A DNA stretch of 64,000 bases. It comes from Thermoproteota archaeon. GTDB taxonomy: Archaea; Thermoproteota; Thermoprotei; Thermofilales; B9-G17. Position 1 is the first letter of the stretch; each line of letters starts with the position of its first letter. Position numbers and translations under genes: made by a program. This document shows positions 49,578 to 59,741 of this stretch, piece by piece. The notes under the pieces are model-generated. The model ran no database searches. It worked only from the letters and a program-made list of their open reading frames with translations, and had not been told where the DNA came from. The stretch spans positions 480,001 to 544,000 of the forward strand of contig JAPDJW010000002.1 in assembly GCA_029258885.1 (NCBI GenBank), read 5' to 3'.

Positions 49578-49982
49578 AGGATACTCTGGAGAATAAAGCT
49601 AATATACTCATTTAACATGTTAATTCTACTCGGGCGATGAAGCTGGACAGGATATAAAAATCGGTAGAAACGGACTAGTATACGTTGCAGGCTACTTAAC
49701 GTCCGGACTAACGCATACATCTGACGTTCTAGATCAAGTATAAATCTAAACTGCGACCTAATATATTGGCTCGCGTATCTGATGAACGCCGACATAGATG
49801 AGGCACGCAGTATAACGGTTGTAGACCACGATATTATTGCACTAGCTGGCCCCTACGACTTCTCGATACTCCCCATGAATCTACCAGAATTCGCAGGCGA
49901 AACCTTCTACACCTTCATAGATGATGAAAATAATCTTAACGCTACGGTAGTTATATTCTCTAGTGGAGGACATGGAACATAA
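49578..49982 (+). pseudogene. Fragment of a beta-propeller (SBBP-like) surface protein
   Basis: Frameshifted pieces DEAGQDIKIGRNGLVYVAGY and DLIYW...DEARSITVVDHDIIALAG resemble 'D.G..I.VD..GNVYVAG' blades. Confidence 0.45.
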
Positions 49983-50050
49983 TTGAGGTAATGGAACTAC
50001 CCTAAATCTTTTTCAGTAAACAATTTTTATCTGAAAGCATCCTTATTCTT

Positions 50051-50518
50051 ATGCCTGACTTCTTTACACACGTGCTTACAGGAGTAATAGTATCGTCGAT
50101 AATGGGGAAAGTAGAGCCCATAGATTTACTGCTAGCCATAGTCCTCTCGACACTGCCTGATATAGATGCATTTATGCCTCCGCACCGAGCTCTGCTCCAT
50201 TCCCTGATTGTAGTTATACCGATATCGCTCGTATCCTTTGCTCTGCTTCAAGGCATATACGGAGGCTATAGCATAGTCGTATCACTTCTCCCATTAATCC
50301 ACATCCTCCTAGATGCTTTAACTGGTGGAATACCAGTAAGGCTTTTCTATCCATTATCTAAACGCAGCTATCAGCTAAGCAATATAGTAGACAGGTTTAT
50401 AGTAAAGTTGCTGAAGATGAGTCCATACGGCTACTACATTGAAGTTATAAGAGTAAACATGATACTTACGCTACTAGCCACTTTACTGATACTTTATCGA
50501 TATTTAGCTGCTACTTAG
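50051..50518 (+). CDS. Membrane-bound metal-dependent hydrolase (YdjM-like)
   Basis: MPD..TH, LPDID, HRALLHS, HILLD. Confidence 0.85.
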   Translation: MPDFFTHVLTGVIVSSIMGKVEPIDLLLAIVLSTLPDIDAFMPPHRALLHSLIVVIPISLVSFALLQGIYGGYSIVVSLLPLIHILLDALTGGIPVRLFYPLSKRSYQLSNIVDRFIVKLLKMSPYGYYIEVIRVNMILTLLATLLILYRYLAAT

Positions 50519-51284
50519 GCTTATGGAATACAAAACGTACCCGCACCCCTTCAATATTTCCAATTACTTCACCTACATAGCTTATAAAAGCTTCCTTATC
50601 GGTTAAAATCTCGTAACTCCTAGGATATGTTTTCTTTAGAGCATTAATGAACTCTATTCCTGCAGCCTTAAAGTTCACGAATTCAACCATAAAATAATTT
50701 ACAATATCCCTTAAATTATCTATAATCCCATTTACATCAACTAACTCAGGTATTACGGGGCTAATATAACAGTATGTTTTTATCCCAGAATTATAAAGTT
50801 CCTCTAATGCCCTAATTCTCCTATCATGCGATGGAGGGAAAGGCTCAAATATTTCCTTTAATCTTCCCTGAAGCCCACTGACATTTAATCCAACTTCTAA
50901 GTTCCTAAATTTCCTCAAAATATCTATATCTCTGATGATAAGATCAGACTTAGTTAATATACTTAAGTTAATATCCTTATGCATACTTTCAAGCACCCTT
51001 CTAGTAAGCATTAATTTCTTTTCAACAGGTTGATAGGGATCGGAGACGGTGGACATACGTACCTTTCCATGTATAAATTTATTCTTTACAAGTTCAGGAG
51101 CATTAATCTTAGCCTCAACCCAGCTACCCCATTTGCCGTGCATTCTCCATTTACACAGAAATTTTGCATAGCAATACAGGCATGCATGCTGACATCCAAC
51201 ATAATGATCAATTGAATATATGCAGTCGGAGATTTCAGTGGGGGTAAAAATGCTCTCGGTTTTAACCTTGATTATTTTAACCAT
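50511..51284 (-). CDS. Radical SAM protein, spore-photoproduct-lyase-like (COG1533)
   Basis: YVGCQHACLYCYA, STVSDPYQP.E, ILTKS. Confidence 0.88.
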   Translation of the reverse strand: MVKIIKVKTESIFTPTEISDCIYSIDHYVGCQHACLYCYAKFLCKWRMHGKWGSWVEAKINAPELVKNKFIHGKVRMSTVSDPYQPVEKKLMLTRRVLESMHKDINLSILTKSDLIIRDIDILRKFRNLEVGLNVSGLQGRLKEIFEPFPPSHDRRIRALEELYNSGIKTYCYISPVIPELVDVNGIIDNLRDIVNYFMVEFVNFKAAGIEFINALKKTYPRSYEILTDKEAFISYVGEVIGNIEGVRVRFVFHKPK

Positions 51285-51470
51285 TTTTCACCATGATTTT
51301 ACCGCTAGTATTAAATATAAGTTTATCTAATAACCGCGACAATATATTCTTTAGCTTATATGCTGATCATCTTGTAAGCCTGCAAGTAATAGATATTTAT
51401 GTTTTCAAACCAATAATTAAGCTTAATAGGATGTATACAGTATTTTAATCAGCCAATAACTGGGGATAAT

Positions 51471-53263
51471 ATGTGGATGCATAAACTTAGAAAAAATTCA
51501 ATGAGTCCTCTTGTTGCTACTATAATAATTGTAGCTGTATCTATAGCTCTTTCGATAGCTATTACTCTATGGATTGAAGGCATAATCGGTATCACAGGTT
51601 TTGGAAGCAGAGTAATTAGACTAGTTACCTATGGAGATATGGAGGTTAAGGGAATTGAGGTAGGTAGTCAATTTAGATTATTTCTTAAGAACCTTGGAGG
51701 GGACCCTGTCTACATAGACATGATCCTCATAGATAGTAAATATAAAGCAATATTTGTTAGTGCTAGGAATAGCGAGGGTGAAAGCAGATTAGTGGAGGAT
51801 AGAACTGTAATAATGATATATCCGGGGAAACTGTTGAAATTTACGGTATTGTAAAAGGCGTAAAGCTAGCCCCTGCAACGGTTCATGAAATCACGATACA
51901 TACAGCTTTAGGTCTACAGTATACTAGGCCCATTAGAGCGGAATATTGTGGCATAGGGATTGGATTAGGTAATGAAACAAATAGAGGAGCATATTGCACA
52001 GGGGTAAAGAGAGGCGATGGTAAGATAGCATGTATATTAGTTGATACCATAAAGAATAGGCTAAGAAAGAAGTTAGTAAATGGGAGAATAGAAGTATACG
52101 TTTGGGAGGAGGAGCAACCAATATATGTGGAAAGCCTACCCCCTGATCTTGCTGAGATAGATCCAGAGGAGCAGGTAACATTAAAACTGTACTTTGGTAT
52201 ACCTCCCGGTTATGAGGATCAGCCATTAATAGTACATTTAATTTATGATGTGGAAGGGGGCGGTGAGAGAGAGGAGTTTGCATACTACATGGATCCGCCA
52301 CAACCTATTTACATCTACATTCTGTGGCTTGGTGAAGATACTCCGGGATCATGGGTTGATCCAACTATTATGAAGAGTATAGCTCAAAGTATAATTGATC
52401 CAAATCACGTTATAATGATAGATAGCTCACAGAAGCTCTACGAGTTCTTTAAAGATCCTCCAGAAGGTGCCATCATCATCAATTGCCATGGAGAGGGATT
52501 GCCAGCACCTACAAAGGACGACATATTGAATGATACAGATAGCTATATTAGCGATATATATGATGAGGGTCATGATCCCGACAATACGGGCGACCATGTT
52601 CCGGTATATATTCCAAGGTACTGGAAAATATGGTTCCGCTACGTAAGCAGTAAAATTAACGAGAAGGGTTTAATCTTCACGCATGCCGTTGGAATTTTCG
52701 GATGGTATTTAATAACTACACCTGATAGCACTAATCCAACCTACAGTCACTATGATTGGAGACCATCTATTGTATACACAGGCTCATGCTGTGGAGATAA
52801 CGGCAGGTTTCACAGAGATGGTAGGTGGACAGATACAGCTATAGAGAGAAACGGCCTCAAGGAATTTCTCAATATCTCCACAATAACCTATACTACGTAT
52901 CCAGTCCATGGCGAGGCAGAGAAAAGGAGTAATGATTTAGAAGATCTTGAAAAATTGTTCTTAATAACATTCCCTGAAAAAGTAGGCGACACAGGATCAG
53001 GCTGGACAAGTTGGAGGTCGCTAAATGAGGCACCAAACCTAGTCTTCTGGTTCTACTCAACCGAGAATATAGCAGCCGATTTCCCCTATGCTTCAATAGC
53101 AATTAAGGTTGGAAATGGATTCTTTATACATAATGCATGGCCTCCAGCCTCCGTCCTCTACACAGAAAATCCCTCATGGGACGCCAACCAATTCATAAGC
53201 TATGCCGCCATCTATTTCTCAGTCTATATATACATAAAACACTACGTACTAGGAGACATATAA
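51471..53263 (+). pseudogene. Archaeal type IV pilin/archaellin-signal-peptide protein (about 597 aa) split by a one-base frameshift at the GGGG run 51824-51827
   Basis: Class III-like signal peptide RKNS|MSPLVATIIIVAVSIAL. Adding one G gives IYPGETVEIYG, and the frame is then open into the track ORF 52127..53263. Confidence 0.7.
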
Positions 53264-53441
53264 AATACTTAAATAATGCATAAGTTTTCCAGAATAAAAT
53301 ATAGCTTAGATTACGTAGATAGTTAGTAAAGCCAGACATACTAAGTCTATAACTCACAGAATACGCATACTCAGGAACCTTAACCATCTGACCATTCATC
53401 ATCTGAAATATTTATCATTATTATAATAAATAAATTATTCA

Positions 53442-53777
53442 ATGTACATAAGGAACTGCGATATAAAGAAGGTGCTAATTGGAGTCCCCAAGGGACACAA
53501 ACACCTAAGAATAGCATTAATCCTAGAAAACGGCGAAACAATAGTATTCAGCGAAGCAACCATAGCCAACATCACAAGAGCCTACATAACAATAAAAACA
53601 CACCCAACAATACGAGCAATAGAACTAGAGAAGAAAACCCTAGACAAAGAATCTATAAAAGAGGGATACGCAGAATGCCAACTACTCGAAACCAGCAGAC
53701 AACCAGATGAAGTAGAGAATGAAATCAATAAAATTATGAGTAGCCAAATGTTTCTACCCAGCAATCTTTCTGTCTAG
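53442..53777 (+). CDS. Hypothetical protein adjacent to the CRISPR operon
   Basis: 111-aa ORF with GHKHLR and EATIANI.RAY...THP; very A/C-rich codon usage. Confidence 0.65.
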   Translation: MYIRNCDIKKVLIGVPKGHKHLRIALILENGETIVFSEATIANITRAYITIKTHPTIRAIELEKKTLDKESIKEGYAECQLLETSRQPDEVENEINKIMSSQMFLPSNLSV

Positions 53778-53926
53778 CTTGCACATTTAGGATAAAACCT
53801 TTTACCATAAAACTTTTTACCCTAAAAGCATTTATCCTATACGTTGTCCCTTGATAGAGAGGAGTTGGCCTTAATCGAGAGCAATATTAATCTAGAGGCA
53901 TACAGGTAGAATATAGAAAAATATAG

Positions 53927-54790
53927 TTAGGATTCGTGGAGCTTCTTTAAATCCTCAAGCACATTTGTGAATAACAGCTCCTTTTCGGTGACTCCGGTAA
54001 CGTTAACTAGACCGTATCCTCTACTCTTCAGCGCACCGATTTGTAACCCAAAGTTTTTAATGTAGTCGAGTGTAGCCTTGAAAAGCTTATATTCGGGACT
54101 ATTATCCTTGATGCCCTTAAGCACTATCTTAAAACTAAATTGCGTGCCTGGAGGTATGAGTTCGTATGTTACAAGCGCTCCCTTCCTAGCAGTCATAGTC
54201 TTTCTATCAATTCCTATTATAGTCCTGAAGATCGTGTTTACTGGTTCAAGGGGGATAGCTGAAGTAAAGGATACTCTGCTGGCAATATTGCGTGATCCAT
54301 AGAGTCTACATATCGGACATAGTAGTGGCAATACATATGATAGTGCAAGCTTGGCCTTCGCCGTAGCATCCTTCCTCCTCTCCCTAATGCTATTCAATAT
54401 AGCTTTAGCTTTATCTGAGGGAACTCCAAGTTCAATTAACATGGATTCATCGATTCCCAGCCTATTGAAAAGGTCTATGGGATTCTTAACTTCATGTTCA
54501 TCCTCCCTATGATTCATTATACAGATTTTCTCCACGTCGTTCCTAGCGAGGCTATCAACGCTAGCCTTAGATAGGACTTCACTTGTAGCCCTAAACACTC
54601 CCTTAATCGTATTAGAGGGTATTACAGGAGTCATTCTACCTAAACGAGGAACATAGACTTTGAATAATGGTTGCAGGCTTTCGCCACGAGCACCTGTGCC
54701 TATGTGTAACGGCGAGGCAACCTCCAGCTTAACCTCATATATCCTAATAGGAGTATACTCAAATAAGCTCGAAATGACGTTTCTTATCAT
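53927..54790 (-). CDS. cas7: Type III CRISPR RAMP, Cas7/Csm3-like
   Basis: SPLHIGTG, IPSNTIKG..R, CPICRLYG, C-terminal GALKSRGYG. Confidence 0.9.
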   Translation of the reverse strand: MIRNVISSLFEYTPIRIYEVKLEVASPLHIGTGARGESLQPLFKVYVPRLGRMTPVIPSNTIKGVFRATSEVLSKASVDSLARNDVEKICIMNHREDEHEVKNPIDLFNRLGIDESMLIELGVPSDKAKAILNSIRERRKDATAKAKLALSYVLPLLCPICRLYGSRNIASRVSFTSAIPLEPVNTIFRTIIGIDRKTMTARKGALVTYELIPPGTQFSFKIVLKGIKDNSPEYKLFKATLDYIKNFGLQIGALKSRGYGLVNVTGVTEKELLFTNVLEDLKKLHES

Positions 54791-55998
54791 TTAATCACCT
54801 CCTCCAAGGATAATGGACCTGAAATATAATCCGTAGACATTGGAAGCAAGTGGCTGAGGCCGTAGGCTGCTAATTCATTAACCCCTAAAACCAGCATTGA
54901 TGCAAAAAGTTCAGCTATAGAATGTATATCGCCATCCAGGTGGTCTACCTTATAGATGATCACGCTACCACTAACCAGCGTCCTTAGAACCATCTTTGGA
55001 TAACCCGTCTTCAGAGAGTAACCGCCGTATCTGCCATAACCACCTACGGATCCTATCAGCTTCAACCTAGCTTCAGCGTTGAACTCCTTATGCATTTTCA
55101 TCCAGTCGGTCGGCAACGTTAACGTATCTCTGAGAATACGTCCTCTAAGGAGTCCTTCGGGATCAAAGCTAGCATAAGGCGTAAAACACACGAAGAACAT
55201 ATTTGCTCCCTCATCTAGGTCTAGATTGTCTAAGTTTAGGCGTTTAATCAAGTCCTCGACACTTATTCGTCTCAGTTTCAATGTAGCTCTACCGAAGCCC
55301 CTGCTGACGCCTCTGCCTATTCCAACCCTAATCTCCTTGACATTATTAAGTATTCCTTTACTATCCACGATAAATCCCCTAAAGGATTGGTCTCTGGAAA
55401 TAGCTTCATAGTAGAAGAACATTTCACTTTCAACGCTGCGTCTACCCCTATGCAGACCTATATTGACCGAAACTTCATGCGCTGAATTACGTCTAAACCA
55501 TACATCCCCTATTTTCACGGCAATCGCTCCGGTACATCTCTTAAACTCAAGTGGATTAAATATCGTCTGCTTCTTCTTTGCAGATAGTTCCATACCTAAT
55601 TTAGAAAATCTTTTCTCAAGTTCCTCAACGTATCGGCTAATATCTGATATTGCTTTCTTTTCATAACCACTTAAGATAGACACTATAGGCTGTCCATAGT
55701 CTCCGATGGAATGCTTTGAAACCCTAGAGAAGGCATGTGCAATACATAGATTACTAAATAGCATGGGCTCTTCAAGATCACCGCTAAAATATGCCGAAGA
55801 AATAGAGAGGGAGGGATTATCTACTTCCTCCTCTAGATCCTTTAAGTCGATATATCCTCTTTCATATAGGGCGGTAAGTAGACCTCCCCTCACAACTGAT
55901 CCGGGGATTAAGTCATCGTAGGATTTATATCCTAACCTACCTACTTTCCTAGTTACTATAGCTGGAGATAGGAGATTTAATTCATACTCATATATCAA
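54787..55998 (-). CDS. cas5: Type III CRISPR RAMP, Cas5/Csx10-like
   Basis: IPGSVVRG.L, FFYYEAI, IGRGVSRGFG, second RAMP half ...GSV...AYG. Confidence 0.75.
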   Translation of the reverse strand: MIYEYELNLLSPAIVTRKVGRLGYKSYDDLIPGSVVRGGLLTALYERGYIDLKDLEEEVDNPSLSISSAYFSGDLEEPMLFSNLCIAHAFSRVSKHSIGDYGQPIVSILSGYEKKAISDISRYVEELEKRFSKLGMELSAKKKQTIFNPLEFKRCTGAIAVKIGDVWFRRNSAHEVSVNIGLHRGRRSVESEMFFYYEAISRDQSFRGFIVDSKGILNNVKEIRVGIGRGVSRGFGRATLKLRRISVEDLIKRLNLDNLDLDEGANMFFVCFTPYASFDPEGLLRGRILRDTLTLPTDWMKMHKEFNAEARLKLIGSVGGYGRYGGYSLKTGYPKMVLRTLVSGSVIIYKVDHLDGDIHSIAELFASMLVLGVNELAAYGLSHLLPMSTDYISGPLSLEEVIK

Positions 55999-55999
55999 A

Positions 56000-56758
56000 T
56001 TACCTCACCTCAAGCCTGCTTATAAGGTCAACTAGGAAGCTGTCACGGGAGATAACATCCTTCGATGCTCCTAAATCGACTTTTATACCTCTTAACTTAA
56101 CTAATCCCCTACGGCCCATGGACGCGTAGTTTAGCAGTGCAATACTCGTAAAAAGTAATCTATAAGCAGTCGTTATCTCCTTATCTCCTCTATCCCTTAA
56201 AGCAAGCAATAGACTTCTCTCCAATAACTCCATTTCACCGTAAAATAGGGTTGATGGAAGTACTTGTTCAGCCGTGAAAAGGGCACCCTCACTTACAGTC
56301 TTGCTCGAATCTTCCAGCCTAATATAGGTGGTAATCTTGAAAAGCTCCCCCATCTTTCCTGCCTTGGATTTAATATACCTGTGAATTCCGCCACTAAATA
56401 TTTCATCGAGATCCTCCACCCCAGCTATGGGATACATATCTGTAAACCTTAGAGGGCTCAACGATCCTCCAGGAGACCCAAATAGCTTACATATAAGGCA
56501 TAAACCGCACGGCTTAGTAGCAACATTCATCAAGGGATTAATCCCCTTACATACAGGATACTTATCGATAAAGAGCCCCCTCTTCTCGAGTATAGATGCA
56601 GCCACATAAGCCTGAGTCCTGAGAACTCCCTTAAAGCTACTTGAGGGACATATCGGTAGACCCTTATACTTAGAAGCAACAACATCAGCCTCAAAGGTTT
56701 CCAAGCCACTACCCCAGGAGAACATGTTAAGAGTCTCAACTACAACTCCTATCCTCAT
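56000..56758 (-). CDS. cas7: Type III CRISPR RAMP, Cas7-like
   Basis: SWGSG..FEAD, PSSSFKG.LR, C.ICKLFG, ALFTAE; degenerate G-loop MGRRG. Confidence 0.8.
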   Translation of the reverse strand: MRIGVVVETLNMFSWGSGLETFEADVVASKYKGLPICPSSSFKGVLRTQAYVAASILEKRGLFIDKYPVCKGINPLMNVATKPCGLCLICKLFGSPGGSLSPLRFTDMYPIAGVEDLDEIFSGGIHRYIKSKAGKMGELFKITTYIRLEDSSKTVSEGALFTAEQVLPSTLFYGEMELLERSLLLALRDRGDKEITTAYRLLFTSIALLNYASMGRRGLVKLRGIKVDLGASKDVISRDSFLVDLISRLEVR

Positions 56759-59442
56759 ATAGCACCACCCCCAGCAAACTTAATTAAGTTAAATATGTCG
56801 ATTAGAGACGGCATAACTACTTTCCCATTTCTAATTATAAAGCGCTTAAAGCTTGACGCCAGCTTATACCTCGTCTTCTCCTTTTCGGAGTAGTGTACAC
56901 TCATCTCCCTAGCTACATAAACAGCCACCTTAGCTGAGGCACAATTAACATATTCCTCAAGCCTGGCCCCGGGACGCTTAGCCGAGTGAATATAATCCAG
57001 ACATTGGCTAAGAACATCGTGAACAAACTTCCTCGCATTCCTTACATTCATTGCCGCCTCTTTATCCACTACTACCTTATTTTCATCACTCTTATAGGAG
57101 CCTCTAAAAACATCGTAGAATGTTCTCAGAAGCGATTCCAGGCTAGCTATCTCGCTAACGCCGAGTATAAATTTGAGCTCCTCCATTAGATCACTGTTTT
57201 TCATGTTTGCTGATATAATAAACGGCTGGTTAGACAGCTTTAAGCTAGTGTAGTTATTTAAGAGTGTATTAACCACGCTACCAGATATTATACCCCTTTC
57301 AACGAAATAGAATGAAAGAACCCCCTGAACGTCACGTACGGATTGTAATTGCCTAAACTTCCTCTTACACCTAGCAAGTAGGCTCTCAGATGCTGATATA
57401 GTACCCCAAATATTATACTTAGCATTTGATGCTATAACTCCCACTGATAGGCTACAGGCTCCACCCATGCCCTTCCAGAACTCCTCGATAAGGATTAGTG
57501 AAGCAGGTATAGCCATCCACGAAGGTACTATTGCAACTGTATCGTCACCACCAGCATAAAGTATACCCAGTTGAACTCTCTTCGCTTCATCGTTATCTAT
57601 CTCATTTAAGGCTCTAAAAAGTCTCCTATATGCATTCTTAAGCGCTAAATCCAGCCTCAAACTCTTTTCAACAGCTGAAGATATCGAAAACGATTTACTC
57701 ATGAAAATTCCAGCGGCATTCCCATCAGCCTTAATAATAGCCAGATTTAATATTCTCTTAATCTCACTCCCTAAGATCTCCTCAACATCATGACCCGCCA
57801 GATATTCCATCAAATACTCACTAACAATTTTCTCCTTGCTTTCCTGATTTAAGGCAATATTCCAAAGAATAGTTTCTCTATGAGCTTTTCCTACTTCCTC
57901 TTTGAACTTACATATTTCACAGAGATATTCTCCATGCACATTCTCAGTTGCAGGACGTTTCCGGCATATACTACATAATCTCTCAAATCCAAATCTTTCC
58001 ACACATGAATCCAGCTCTTCCTTAAGCAGTATCTTCTTGGAGGAAACTCGAGCCGATAGATTCCCGACGGTAGCTGGCCAGTAGTCGAAGAGAGGATATT
58101 TAGCAATAGCTACGTCAATAACGTCTCTAGTAAAGCCTTTATGAAGAATTCTACGTATACCAGACCTGATGGAATCAGCCACGGATTCCTCATCCATATC
58201 TCTCCATAGAAATTCGATAATCCCGCCGCCTGCATATACTATAGCCTCGGGGACTACGCCAAATTCCTCATAGAGTATCCTAGGTATAACATAGTAGACT
58301 ATTAAATCGAGGATATGACTGGCGGCAATAAGGCTCTTCAAATCCTCGGACTCATAGATAAACTCCTGAATGCCTCTAATATCGATCATCCAGACATAGA
58401 CATCCCTAACCTGCCTAGGCTTAATATCCAAGCCAGCTCTAGCCCTATAAGCTTCAGGATCCTGCAATATTCTGGCAGTTTCCTCGCAGAGCTCCCTAAG
58501 CTTATCCAATGGAATTTTACTCCAGAACTCTCTAACTTCATCTCCCGATCTCAGAAGCTTATCCCTAACCTCACCGACATCAACGCCAAGTTTCCCTGCT
58601 ATAAATCCAGCAACTAAATCAACAATTCTATCAATCGAAGCAGAGTCCCTATCAGCCTCATATAGCCTACCACCCTTTTCATGGTGTCTTCTTATAGCCT
58701 CAAGTATCTCCCTCAACTTATCATCGTCAACTATATCCCTTAAAAGATCTTTGGCAATTTCAACAGATTTTCCAACATGACTGACCCCAGTAAACCAGCT
58801 GTAGGGCTTAGCTATATCGTGGAGAAGAGCAGCTATCCTAAGGATATTTCTACCCTTGTCCTCCCTTATAGCAGTAATCGCTGAAGTCAACAGAAGATGG
58901 ACAATAAGACTCGAAGAGTTGAGGCCCACCCTAGTATCCGCTGGAAGCTTCATAAATGCTTCAAAGACCTCCTCATGCGTTTTATCATCAAACAACACGT
59001 TAAGAACATTAAGTAACCAGGCATTTCCAAACACATTTCTCCCGTCTTTCAATGCATTAAATATTCCTTCATAAAATGCTTCATAAACCTCCTCGAGGGG
59101 GCGCGCAAAGAATAAATCAAATATCTTCCTATCAAATCTAGAGATGAGCCAAAGCCAATATATCCTATATGGAGTGGGGTATACCCCGCTGGCGTAGGGG
59201 TCTATTAGTAAAGGTGCCTTAAAGAATGCAACTATAGAGTCGGCTAAAGCCTCAAGCTCACGGTCGTCCGATAATGGTTTATCGGGGGAGATAAATTCCT
59301 TAACCTTAACAAGGTATTTATGTAGCATATCAAGTAGAGAATTATATTTCTCGAGCACATCCTCCTCGATTTCACTGACGCTTGTAGCTACGCCGTCCTT
59401 AAATACGGGTACAGAATGTATCCTAAGAACGCCCATAATCAA
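56755..59442 (-). CDS. cas10: Cas10 large subunit with HD nuclease and cyclase/Palm domains
   Basis: PADTR...HL..TSA...LLHDIAK (HD), Palm1 YAGGG, CSIC...CEIC, KADGN and YAGGDD. Confidence 0.95.
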   Translation of the reverse strand: MIMGVLRIHSVPVFKDGVATSVSEIEEDVLEKYNSLLDMLHKYLVKVKEFISPDKPLSDDRELEALADSIVAFFKAPLLIDPYASGVYPTPYRIYWLWLISRFDRKIFDLFFARPLEEVYEAFYEGIFNALKDGRNVFGNAWLLNVLNVLFDDKTHEEVFEAFMKLPADTRVGLNSSSLIVHLLLTSAITAIREDKGRNILRIAALLHDIAKPYSWFTGVSHVGKSVEIAKDLLRDIVDDDKLREILEAIRRHHEKGGRLYEADRDSASIDRIVDLVAGFIAGKLGVDVGEVRDKLLRSGDEVREFWSKIPLDKLRELCEETARILQDPEAYRARAGLDIKPRQVRDVYVWMIDIRGIQEFIYESEDLKSLIAASHILDLIVYYVIPRILYEEFGVVPEAIVYAGGGIIEFLWRDMDEESVADSIRSGIRRILHKGFTRDVIDVAIAKYPLFDYWPATVGNLSARVSSKKILLKEELDSCVERFGFERLCSICRKRPATENVHGEYLCEICKFKEEVGKAHRETILWNIALNQESKEKIVSEYLMEYLAGHDVEEILGSEIKRILNLAIIKADGNAAGIFMSKSFSISSAVEKSLRLDLALKNAYRRLFRALNEIDNDEAKRVQLGILYAGGDDTVAIVPSWMAIPASLILIEEFWKGMGGACSLSVGVIASNAKYNIWGTISASESLLARCKRKFRQLQSVRDVQGVLSFYFVERGIISGSVVNTLLNNYTSLKLSNQPFIISANMKNSDLMEELKFILGVSEIASLESLLRTFYDVFRGSYKSDENKVVVDKEAAMNVRNARKFVHDVLSQCLDYIHSAKRPGARLEEYVNCASAKVAVYVAREMSVHYSEKEKTRYKLASSFKRFIIRNGKVVMPSLIDIFNLIKFAGGGAI

Positions 59443-59737
59443 TCAGCCTCTTACCTTCATATGATATAGACTCGTGTAGGAACACGTTAACATACTTCTT
59501 AAACTTGGATAGCTCAGCCCCAGAATAAACTATATATCCATCATCCCTCCTAAACCAGAAATATTTAGCTCCATCGCCAGAAAACAGCAGCCCAAAGGCA
59601 GCTAAATCCTCCTCCTTAACGCGCTCACTCCTCTTCACAACCTTTATACTGAAATCCCTTAAATACGTTACAATCACTCCATCAACCCCTTTAATCAGTT
59701 TAACGAGCCCCTCAGCCGACTCAAGCACGTAAGACAC
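59423..59737 (-). CDS. Small CRISPR-associated protein of unknown family (possibly Csx19-like)
   Basis: 104 aa, GTG start with GGGGTGA RBS, overlapping cas10. Confidence 0.6.
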   Translation of the reverse strand: MSYVLESAEGLVKLIKGVDGVIVTYLRDFSIKVVKRSERVKEEDLAAFGLLFSGDGAKYFWFRRDDGYIVYSGAELSKFKKYVNVFLHESISYEGKRLIDYGRS

Positions 59738-59741
59738 AGCA

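Noticed and set aside
53371-53402. Minus-strand ATGATGA...CTGA box C/D pair
   Set aside because: The boxes are consensus but only 21 nt apart, with no convincing C'/D' pair; too short for a typical archaeal guide sRNA.
53264-53926. CRISPR array or leader flanking the cas operon
   Set aside because: No regularly spaced direct repeats were seen here, at 62695-62917, or in any other intergenic region.
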